From positions 1-39,406 of the forward strand of contig JASGMZ010000001.1 of NCBI GenBank assembly GCA_030156305.1: a stretch of DNA of 39,406 nt, given 5' to 3'. Positions 28,473 through 36,282 of the stretch are shown in pieces. Source of the DNA: Bacteroidales bacterium (GTDB taxonomy: Bacteria; Bacteroidota; Bacteroidia; Bacteroidales; UBA12077). Positions within the stretch are counted from its first letter, which is position 1. The number at the start of each line of letters is the position of its first letter. The translations under genes and the position numbers were made by a program. The notes below the pieces were generated by a model that searched no databases, had not been told where the DNA came from, and was given only the letters and a program-made list of their open reading frames with translations.

Positions 28473-28654
28473 ATTTATTATTCTCGTTTAATGAAATTTA
28501 TTTTCCGATCTTAAATATTTGAACTACTGTGATCTTTTATTTTTATACTAGTCTTTAAATTTTTTCAATTTTTCAATGTTTCCATTTAAAGGACCATTTC
28601 ATTAAGATATTGTTCATCCGCTGTAAAGTTTCACCACATTGTTAATGGTATAAC

Positions 28655-28711
28655 GAGCAGTCCTTTCTTCGTTTTGGTAGCTACGCTCCCTTCACGAAGA
28701 AAGGACTGCTC
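28655..28711. repeat. perfect 17-bp inverted repeat (long hairpin) with a 23-nt loop
   Basis: gagcagtcctttcttcg (28655-28671) is the exact reverse complement of cgaagaaaggactgctc (28695-28711). The loop contains the palindrome gtagctac. Confidence 0.85.
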
Positions 28712-28731
28712 CATCAAAATGATAACTTGCT

Positions 28732-28739
28732 TATATTTG
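28732..28739 (+). promoter_or_regulatory. candidate Bacteroidota -7 promoter box (TAnnTTTG) for the IS481-like gene
   Basis: tatatttg lies 22 nt upstream of the ATG at 28761. Exact match to the TAnnTTTG consensus. Confidence 0.3.
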
Positions 28740-28760
28740 TATAACTAAAATTTTAAGAAA

Positions 28761-29346
28761 ATGAAGCAAGAGTATCACTCAAATGAAAGGACAAATATAC
28801 ATATGCGTTTGAAATCAAACAAGAGAAATTTAACAAATCGGGAATTTCTAAACCAACAGTTAGTAAATGGAGAAATAGAGAAAATTTTGAAGACAAAAGT
28901 TCAAGACCGTATACAATCCATTATGCCTTGAATGATTTTGAGAAAACATTCATTTCATCAATAAGTTAATCTACTTGCCTGCCTTTAGATGAAGTACTGG
29001 AAATGGTTCTGCAAACTAATCCCGGTATTACAACAAGAACTGTTGCTTACAGGACTTTTGTTCACGAAGGAATAAATAAAGTACCTGAAAAAGAGAAAAA
29101 CAAAGCCAAAAAATTTAAGGAGTATTCACCCTGTTAAATCCCGCAAATTTATCCCGTTAAATCATGCATTTCCTGATATTTCACTGGGAGCGGGAATTTT
29201 GTCTTGATAAAATTATTTAACAGGGTGAACCTGGATATTTGCATAGAGACGTAGCTTATTTGCCGAAAATTGACGATGTAAAATACTATTTTTTTTGCAA
29301 GGGCTACAAGAACCTTGTACTATAAAGTTTACGATGCTAAAACAGC
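28761..29346 (+). pseudogene. IS481-family transposase (integrase-core type) pseudogene, 5' half only
   Basis: Own translation across frames: MKQEYHSNE / KDKYTYAFEIKQEKFNKSGISKPTVSKWRNRENFEDKSSRPYTIHYALNDFEKTFISSIS*STCLPLDEVLEMVLQTNPGITTRTVAYRTFVHEGINKVPEKEKNKAKKFKEY / EPGYLHRDVAYLPKIDDVKYYFF / ARATRTLYYKVYDAKTAE. Contains a frameshift, an in-frame TAA, a 103-bp insertion, a second frameshift and a truncation before the DDE core. Confidence 0.7.
29126..29228. mobile_element. 103-bp MITE-like insertion with 14-bp perfect terminal inverted repeats, nested in the transposase pseudogene
   Basis: tcaccctgttaaat (29126-29139) and atttaacagggtga (29215-29228) are exact reverse complements. Removing the segment joins KEY to EPGYLH as expected for IS481-type transposases. 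Confidence 0.6.
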
Positions 29347-29443
29347 TGAAACATCCATGCACTGAAGTTCACAAAAATTGAATGAATATAACATGAATGT
29401 TCCACAAGGCCAATTAATTAACTAAAATATATTCTTGTGAGAC
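29347..29443. repeat. 97-bp repeat, family A, copy 2
   Basis: Begins exactly where transposase homology stops. Same tgaaac ... tgagac ends. Internal aacatccatg / catgaatgtt arms. Confidence 0.8.
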
Positions 29444-29566
29444 CCTCATGCATTATAGAACACAATAGGAGATGAACCGAAGCGAAGCTGAGTTCACGAA
29501 TACCAAATTAAAAAATATATTTATGAGTAATAAATTTTATGACGCTATGGTGAAATGGTTTGAAAT
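29442..29566. repeat. ~125-bp repeat, family B, copy 1
   Basis: Shares accctcatgca..., the hairpin tgaac-cgaagcgaagctga-gttca (29473-29496), and aaaaatatatttatgagtaataaatttt with 29801-29989. Confidence 0.75.
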
Positions 29567-29590
29567 TAAACCTGAATTTTGTTAGGAATG

Positions 29591-29650
29591 AATGCCAAGC
29601 CAACGCCCTGAGCCCTTCCTTTGTCAGGGTCGAAGGGTTGCTTGAGCATT
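29591..29650. repeat. GC-rich palindromic element with interleaved complementary segments
   Basis: aatgccaagc/gcttgagcatt and caac/gttg pair on the outside. Inside, ccctga (29606) pairs with tcaggg (29624), and cccttc (29613) with gaaggg (29632), in a 1-2-1'-2' order. Confidence 0.6.
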
Positions 29651-29757
29651 GCCGAATGACGACACAAAACCACTGAAAGTAAATATTTTTATAAAAACCA
29701 GATGAATTTAAAAATAAAGTTTTATCTTTAAAAATTATTGATGCAGGTTATCATACT

Positions 29758-29789
29758 GTTTCCGGCGTAGCGGTAGCGAAGACGGAAAC
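29758..29789. repeat. GC-rich hairpin
   Basis: gtttccg (29758-29764) pairs with cggaaac (29783-29789). The loop is gcgtagcggtagcgaaga. Confidence 0.6.
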
Positions 29790-29800
29790 AACCTTATGAA

Positions 29801-29989
29801 ACCCTCATGCAATAAAGTATACAACCTGTCTGTCGAATTCATCCGCCGAAGGAGGGTTTATCCGTCTCGCCTCAGGCGAGAGGACAGACATGCAAGGATA
29901 TGAACCGAAGCGAAGTTGAGTTCACGAATACAAAATAAAAAAATATATTTATGAGTAATAAATTTTGAGGGTTCCATGGTATTTGAAAT
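29801..29989. repeat. family B repeat, copy 2, carrying a nested 64-bp palindromic insertion
   Basis: Collinear with 29442-29566 except for the 29827-29890 insertion. aaccctca (5' end) is complementary to tgagggtt (29966-29973). Confidence 0.75.
29827..29890. repeat. 64-bp GC-rich palindromic element inserted in B copy 2
   Basis: The outer arms tgtctgtc (29827-29834) and gacagaca (29883-29890) pair. Inner hairpin tctcgcc-tca-ggcgaga (29865-29881). Absent from B copy 1. Confidence 0.7.
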
Positions 29990-30053
29990 ACAGAAGTAAA
30001 AATTAGCAATTATATTTACTTGAATAACAGAAGTATAACATAAATATATCGTG

Positions 30054-30150
30054 TGAAACATCTATGCACTGAAATTCACAAAAATTGAATGAATATAACA
30101 TGGATGTTCAACAAGGTCAATTAATTATCTGAAATATATTCGTGTAAAAC
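30054..30150. repeat. 97-bp repeat, family A, copy 3
   Basis: Ends 18 nt upstream of the ATG at 30169. Preceded by atatatcgtg, which resembles the 3' end of another A unit. Confidence 0.8.
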
Positions 30151-30168
30151 TACATAAAACAATAAAAC

Positions 30169-30531
30169 ATGACTGTTCAATTAATTATTAATGGCATTTT
30201 CTTTATTTTCATTTTAATTTCTGGCATCTGGCTCAGTAAACTGGGTAAACCTTACGGAACCGTTCTGTTTACTATTCACAAACTTATTGCTTTAGCTTTT
30301 ATCGTTTATATTTTTATCCTTAGCAAAGGATTATTTAAAACAACAGAGCTTAACCTTGTCATGTGGATTTTTATGGTTGCCGCAGCCTTGTCAGTGGTAT
30401 TAATTTTCACAACCGGAGGAATATTAAGTAATCAGGAAGAGGTTAAAAACTCGTTGGTAATCGTTCACAGAATTTCATCGGTAGTGCTGCTTCTTTCCCT
30501 AACAGGATGGTTTTTTATGGCATTGAAGTAA
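30169..30531 (+). CDS. small integral membrane protein (4 predicted TM helices), function unknown
   Basis: 120-aa hydrophobic ORF with an ATG start. Confidence 0.55.
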   Translation: MTVQLIINGIFFIFILISGIWLSKLGKPYGTVLFTIHKLIALAFIVYIFILSKGLFKTTELNLVMWIFMVAAALSVVLIFTTGGILSNQEEVKNSLVIVHRISSVVLLLSLTGWFFMALK

Positions 30532-30601
30532 AAGGGTAGAATAAATTCAACAGAATTTATTTTTAACTTAATTTTTGGTAACATTGCGAAATTTTTACGC
30601 A

Positions 30602-31486
30602 ATGGAAAACAAAAAAAAATCATATTTATCGCTGATTCTCGGAGCTATCCTGATTTCCTTTTCTCCAGTATTAATAAAAGATACCGGAGCTCCAGGAACA
30701 GTGAGTGTTTTTTACAGGCTGTTTTTTGGTACACTGGTTTTAATCATCCCTTTTGCCTATTCAAGAATAAAAAATAAAGAAAAATTGAACCGAAAAGGGG
30801 TTTTGTTTGCTTCATTGGCCGGGTTATCTTTAGCCATCGACATGTCTATGTGGGCCACGGGAATTATGAGCTCCAATGCAGCGATGCCTACTCTTACAGC
30901 TAATCTTACGCCTCTATGGGTTGGCATTGGTGGTTACTTTTTCTTTAAAGAAAGGCGTACAGTCCGGTTTTGGATCGGACTGGCCATTGCCATGATTGGA
31001 ATAGTATTTCTTGTCATTCAGGATCTGTATCAACCCAATGGTATATTTAAAGGATTAATGCTGGGCTTATTTGCCGGTATTTTTTATGGTGGTTTTATGA
31101 TGCTTGTTCAAATAGGCAGAAGATACCTGGATACACTTTCATTTCTGTTTCTAAGCTCATTGGCCACCACCGTATTTTTGGGAATATTTATGCTATTTCA
31201 AAATCTCGAATTTATGGGTTATTCCACAAAAGCCTGGGTCCTTTTTATAATCATGGGTGTCATGATCCAGGCCGGTGCCTGGTTTCTGATCAATTTTGCC
31301 CAGGGACATTTGCCTGCCTCTTTAGTAGCTCCCACATTACTTGTTCAACCGGTACTTACAGGGGTTGTTGCATTTCTTCTGTTGGGTGAAGCCCTTACCT
31401 TATGGCAAATAACAGGGGGGATTATTGTTGTTATTGGAATTTATACCGTCCATTTTGCCAAACAGCGAAAAAATACAAACAGGTAA
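30602..31486 (+). CDS. EamA/DMT-family transporter
   Basis: Ten-TM pattern with two EamA-like halves. I prefer the ATG at 30602 (MENKKKSYLS) to the track's TTG at 30575. Confidence 0.85.
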   Translation: MENKKKSYLSLILGAILISFSPVLIKDTGAPGTVSVFYRLFFGTLVLIIPFAYSRIKNKEKLNRKGVLFASLAGLSLAIDMSMWATGIMSSNAAMPTLTANLTPLWVGIGGYFFFKERRTVRFWIGLAIAMIGIVFLVIQDLYQPNGIFKGLMLGLFAGIFYGGFMMLVQIGRRYLDTLSFLFLSSLATTVFLGIFMLFQNLEFMGYSTKAWVLFIIMGVMIQAGAWFLINFAQGHLPASLVAPTLLVQPVLTGVVAFLLLGEALTLWQITGGIIVVIGIYTVHFAKQRKNTNR

Positions 31487-32119
31487 CTATTAGGAACAAC
31501 AAAGCCCTTACTTCCCGGATTTGCTGTTACCTTTGGCTTTAATCAGCTCATCAGGATTTACAACGTATGCTTTACAAATGCTCGAAGTTTTTGTTTTTGC
31601 TTACTATAGATTTTTTAACACTCTCATCTATATTAACTTAGAAACTGTTCATTCCTTCCATTTGTTAATAAATAAATGATGACCCCTTTCGATCGGAAAT
31701 GGTTAAAAAAATAAATATTATATCAAAATCAACCCCAACAATTGCCTCTATGGTATTATATCTTGTTCATCGTAAGTATTACTCTTTATTTATGGTTGAG
31801 ACCAGTTTAAAAAGTAACAAGTTTGTAACGATTAAAATGTAATATATTGATTATTAAGATATTAGTAAAAATCAACAGAATTGAATAAATAGCTGAAATT
31901 CAAATAGATAACTTTACGAACTTTCAACTTTATGGCTTTTTAGGCTGAACTCAAATATAAAAACAACAATATACCGAACACGCTAAACGTTAAAAAAAAG
32001 AAAAAAAAGGAGTTCAAAAAAAATATTTATTTATCTTTACGTTATCGTTAAACCAATTAATTTATCAACCATCAAATGTATTATTGTATTATTAAGTACA
32101 TTCTAAAAAATCTATCATT

Positions 32120-35107
32120 ATGAGAAACAAAATTTTATTATTGATTGCAGCCATCTCATTTGCGTTGTTATGGTCATGCACTCAAGGCCCCGACTATAAA
32201 GAGGGCAAAACATACAACGGCTTTAAGCTCGAAGAAAAAAGATTCGTAGAAGAAGTAGATGCCTGGTGTTTATATTTTATTCATGAAAAAAGTGGAGCAA
32301 AATTATTAAAAATTGCCGCTGATGATGCCAACAAACTTTTCAGCGTATCGTTTAAAACTACTCCTCAACATGATTATGGAACTCCTCACATTATGGAGCA
32401 CTCAGTATTGAACGGTTCTGAAAATTTCCCTGTAAAAAGTCCTTTCGACTTATTAGCAAAAGGATCGTTAAAAACGTTTCTTAATGCAATGACTGGCTCA
32501 GACTATACCACTTATCCTGTAGCCAGCATGAACGAAAAAGATTACTTTAATCTAATGCATGTTTATATGGATGCCGTTTTTAATCCATTACTTCATAAGA
32601 ACCCTAAGATTTTTAAACAAGAAGGCTGGCATTATGAATTGGATGACATCGATGGAGAAATCGTTTATAAAGGTGTCGTTTACAACGAAATGAAAGGCGC
32701 TTTCTCAAGCCCTCGACGCGAGCTAGGTTACCAAATTAATAAAATTCTTTTTCCTGACAATACTTATGGAGTATCATCAGGAGGTTATCCAACAGCAATT
32801 CCAAAACTTACTTATGAATATTTCAAAAATTTCCATAAAAAATATTACCACCCTTCAAATAGCTTTGTGCTATTGTATGGAGATGCAGATTTAGATAAAG
32901 AGTTAGCATTTTTAGATACAGAATATTTCTCTAACTATGAAAGATCTGAGGAGAAGGTAGAGATTCCAATTCAGAAACCATTTACTGAAAGAAAAGTAGC
33001 AGAAAAATTTTATAGTGCACCTGAAGGCAGTGAAACAAAAGATAAAACATTTTTAAGCTATAGTTTTGTTGCCGGATTAAATACCGATCAGGAACTAACC
33101 ATGGCGCTTGATATATTGAGCGAAGCGCTGGTTAATCATGAGTCAGCTCCATTACGCCTGGCCATCCAGGAAGCTGGGATAGGGAAAGATATTAGAGCCT
33201 GGTCCAGCAACGGAAAACAAAATGTTTTCCAAATAACCGTTCAAAATGCCAATCCCGAAGACAAAGAGAAATTTGATGAAATCGTTTTCACTACATTGAA
33301 AAAAGTAAGTGAAGAAGGGTTTGATAAAGAAACCATCGATGGTATTATTAATCGAATGGAATTTCGTTTACGCGAAGGAAATACTCCACAAAAAGGTTTA
33401 ATGTACCTCTTTTCTATTAAAAACGGACTTTTATTTGCCGATGATCCTTTTATGGGATTAGAATATGAAAAACCTTTGGCTAATGTTAAAAAAGGAGTTG
33501 AAAATGGAATGCTCAAGAATATTATCCAGGAATATTTTATTGATAATCCTCATGCCTTGCTCATGGTATTAAAACCTCAGCCAGGATTAGAAAATGAAAT
33601 TGCAGAACAAACCCGAAAAGAGCTGGTTGAGTACAAAGCAAGCCTTAGCAAGGAAGAGCTTGAGCAGCTGGTTCAGGAAACCAAAGAACTGAAAGAACAT
33701 CAGCAACGGGAAGACTCTCCTGAAGCCATTGCTACCGTTCCGATGTTATCACTCGAAGATATCAGTAAAGAAGTACAGTGGTATGAGATAAACGAGAAAT
33801 CGGTGAGTGATATTCCAGTTTTACATTACGAAGATTTTACCAGTAATATCGTTTATACAAATCTGTATTTTGATATGAATACACTGCCTAAAGAACTTAT
33901 TCCGTATGCAAACCTTTTAGCGGAACTTCTTGGCTCTCTTAATACAGAAAACTACTCTTATGGTGAGCTTGATAATGCATTAAATATCCATACCGGAGGA
34001 TTCTATACCTACCTTACTTCATATCAGGAAAACTATTCGGATGATAAGCTTTTACCTAAGTTTATGATATATGCTAAGGCAACTGTTGATAAGACGGATA
34101 AATTATTTGAATTAACGACAGAAATTTTAAATCATTCTAAACTAGATGATATTGACCGCTTAAAAGAACTAATTATCCGTCATCAATCGCAGATAGAAGC
34201 AATGGTTAAAAACAACGGTGTAGGAATTGCAACCACGAGGTTAAGCTCATATTACAGTAATCAGGGTATGTATAATGAATTAACCAATGGATTATCTTAT
34301 TATGATTTTATTACAGAGTTAACCCAAAATTTTGATACAAATCAAGAGGAAGTGGTGGCGAAACTCCAGGAAACAGCAAAGCTGCTTTTCAATAAGAATA
34401 ATGTCATTGCTGGAATTACCTGCTCTGATGACAACTATACAACCTATAAAACAGTGCTTGAAAAATTTGCCTCTACATTGCCTGCTGAAGAGGTACAGAT
34501 GAACGAATGGGCTTTTGACTTAAATGTTAAAAATGAAGGATTAATGTCTGCATCAATGGTTCAGTATGTGGTTAAAGGATATGACTATAAAAAACTTGGT
34601 TATGAATGGGATGGAAAAATGCGTGTATTAAATCAGGTAATGTCGCGTGATTATTTGCAAAACAAAATTAGAGTAATGGGAGGTGCCTACGGCGGATGGG
34701 CTTCATTCTCACCAACAGGAAATGCTTTTTTTGCATCATATCGCGATCCAAACTTAAAAGAAACACTTGAAAATTACGATGCAGCACCAGCATTCATTAA
34801 AAATTTCGAGGTGGATGAAAAAGAGATGGCCCGATTTATTATTGGTACAATTTCAAATATCGATATGCCAACAACGGCTTCGCAACGAGGATCCATAGCC
34901 ATGAACAATTATTTTACACAAAAAACCAAAACAGAAATGGAAGAAGAACGAAATGCTATTCTTACAACCACAGCCGAAGATATCCGTTCTTACGAACAGA
35001 TGATTCAAGAGATTATGGATCAGAATATTCTTTGTGTTTACGGAAACGATCAGAAAATAAAAACTCATAAGGATCTGTTTAAGGAAATCAAATACATCAC
35101 AAAATAA
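32120..35107 (+). CDS. M16C insulinase-family metallopeptidase (PreP/presequence-protease-like), lipoprotein signal
   Basis: 995 aa. Inverted zinc motif HIMEHSV (HxxEH) followed by the downstream Glu in YNEMKG. N-terminal signal ending LLWSC. Confidence 0.9.
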   Translation: MRNKILLLIAAISFALLWSCTQGPDYKEGKTYNGFKLEEKRFVEEVDAWCLYFIHEKSGAKLLKIAADDANKLFSVSFKTTPQHDYGTPHIMEHSVLNGSENFPVKSPFDLLAKGSLKTFLNAMTGSDYTTYPVASMNEKDYFNLMHVYMDAVFNPLLHKNPKIFKQEGWHYELDDIDGEIVYKGVVYNEMKGAFSSPRRELGYQINKILFPDNTYGVSSGGYPTAIPKLTYEYFKNFHKKYYHPSNSFVLLYGDADLDKELAFLDTEYFSNYERSEEKVEIPIQKPFTERKVAEKFYSAPEGSETKDKTFLSYSFVAGLNTDQELTMALDILSEALVNHESAPLRLAIQEAGIGKDIRAWSSNGKQNVFQITVQNANPEDKEKFDEIVFTTLKKVSEEGFDKETIDGIINRMEFRLREGNTPQKGLMYLFSIKNGLLFADDPFMGLEYEKPLANVKKGVENGMLKNIIQEYFIDNPHALLMVLKPQPGLENEIAEQTRKELVEYKASLSKEELEQLVQETKELKEHQQREDSPEAIATVPMLSLEDISKEVQWYEINEKSVSDIPVLHYEDFTSNIVYTNLYFDMNTLPKELIPYANLLAELLGSLNTENYSYGELDNALNIHTGGFYTYLTSYQENYSDDKLLPKFMIYAKATVDKTDKLFELTTEILNHSKLDDIDRLKELIIRHQSQIEAMVKNNGVGIATTRLSSYYSNQGMYNELTNGLSYYDFITELTQNFDTNQEEVVAKLQETAKLLFNKNNVIAGITCSDDNYTTYKTVLEKFASTLPAEEVQMNEWAFDLNVKNEGLMSASMVQYVVKGYDYKKLGYEWDGKMRVLNQVMSRDYLQNKIRVMGGAYGGWASFSPTGNAFFASYRDPNLKETLENYDAAPAFIKNFEVDEKEMARFIIGTISNIDMPTTASQRGSIAMNNYFTQKTKTEMEEERNAILTTTAEDIRSYEQMIQEIMDQNILCVYGNDQKIKTHKDLFKEIKYITK

Positions 35108-35128
35108 ATTTTTAACCCTCTTATTATG

Positions 35129-35163
35129 AACGTGCCACACACTTTGTCGTGGCACGTTTTTTA
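35129..35163 (+). terminator. rho-independent terminator after the M16 gene
   Basis: aacgtgccac (35129-35138) pairs with gtggcacgtt (35149-35158), followed by a T-run. Confidence 0.8.
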
Positions 35164-35238
35164 TTAAAATAATGTATTCTCATCCATACCAAATCAATTA
35201 AAAATAGTAATTTTACCTTATCATTAAAATCGTTTGTC

Positions 35239-36282
35239 ATGAAAGCATCAAGAATTACCAATAGCCTGCTTATCTCTTTTGGTATTGTTTTGATATTTAT
35301 TTACGGCAAAAATCTGATCCTGCCTTTTTTTATTGCATTAATTTTTTGGTTTCTGATAAAAGAGATCCGCAGCTTTCTGAAAAAAATAAAATATATTGAT
35401 AAAGTCCCCAATATTATCCTTAATATCATAGCTTTTGCGATCATATTTGCGATACTGGGTGGTGTTGGTAAAATTTTAGCAATGAACATCCAACAGCTTT
35501 CAAAAGAACTTCCGGCGTACCAAAAAAATATAACCGATATTACCGCCTCAATCAACCAAACGTTTAATATTGATATTGTTAATTCTATTAAAGATTTTTT
35601 GGGCGAATACGAGTACTCTAATTTACTTTCCAGAGTGTTTAACTCTATAACCGACTTGTTTGGTGATGCTTTTCTGATTATTATTTATACCGTGTTTTTG
35701 CTGCTCGAAGAACCTTTTTTTACTAAAAAAATTAATGCTATTTATGCCGAAAAAGATAACCATGATGATGTGATTGACATTCTCTCCAAAATCGATAAAT
35801 CTATCGGGAGCTATATCTCGATAAAAACACTTGTAAGCCTGCTTACCGGTTTTCTAAGCTATTTTGCCCTGTTGTTTTTAAATGTTGATGCACCCATATT
35901 TTGGGCCTTCCTGATTTTTATACTCAATTATATTCCTACGGTAGGCTCGTTAGTAGCCACAACTTTTCCCGCCTTTTTTGCCATGCTGCAATTTGGTGAG
36001 GTGATGCCCGGAATCTGGGTATTAATCGTTGTAGGTGCTATTCAACTAATTGTAGGTAACTACATTGACCCGAAACTTACCGGTGACTCGCTGAATATCA
36101 GCCCATTGATTATTATTTTCGGCTTGGCCTTTTGGGGTGCAATCTGGGGAATTATCGGTATGTTTTTGAGTGTTCCGGTAACGGTGATGTTAATTATTAT
36201 TTTGTCAAAAATTCCTGCAACCCGTCCTATCGCTATTCTGCTGACAAAAGACGGGAAAATTGCAAACGAAAATGATGGTTAA
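35239..36282 (+). CDS. AI-2E family transporter (PerM/YhhT-like permease)
   Basis: 347 aa. Polytopic with the characteristic C-terminal block NYIPTVGS...GAIWGIIGMFLSVP. Confidence 0.85.
   Translation: MKASRITNSLLISFGIVLIFIYGKNLILPFFIALIFWFLIKEIRSFLKKIKYIDKVPNIILNIIAFAIIFAILGGVGKILAMNIQQLSKELPAYQKNITDITASINQTFNIDIVNSIKDFLGEYEYSNLLSRVFNSITDLFGDAFLIIIYTVFLLLEEPFFTKKINAIYAEKDNHDDVIDILSKIDKSIGSYISIKTLVSLLTGFLSYFALLFLNVDAPIFWAFLIFILNYIPTVGSLVATTFPAFFAMLQFGEVMPGIWVLIVVGAIQLIVGNYIDPKLTGDSLNISPLIIIFGLAFWGAIWGIIGMFLSVPVTVMLIIILSKIPATRPIAILLTKDGKIANENDG

Noticed and set aside
28655-28711. tRNA-like or terminator interpretation of the 17-bp hairpin
   Set aside because: There is no cloverleaf, no conserved T-loop or D-loop sequences, and no flanking U-run. 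It is kept only as an unexplained inverted repeat.
29858-30061. 67-aa minus-strand ORF inside the repeat region
   Set aside because: It spans repeat B copy 2, the palindromic insertion and the edge of repeat A. Its coding potential is an artefact of the repeats.
29347-30150. Possibility that the A/B units form a CRISPR array
   Set aside because: The units are 97-190 bp, not 25-40 bp. Spacing is irregular, copies diverge by about 10 percent, there are only two or three copies, and no cas genes are in the window.
30575-30601. TTG start of the EamA transporter ORF
   Set aside because: An in-frame ATG at 30602 gives a normal N-terminus (MENKKKSYLS followed by TM1). The TTG extension adds nothing recognisable.
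31992-32023. Three A8 homopolymer runs as a phase-variation switch for the M16 peptidase
   Set aside because: A/T runs are common in this AT-rich DNA. The tracts are not positioned between recognisable -33 and -7 promoter elements, and length variation cannot be assessed from a single sequence.
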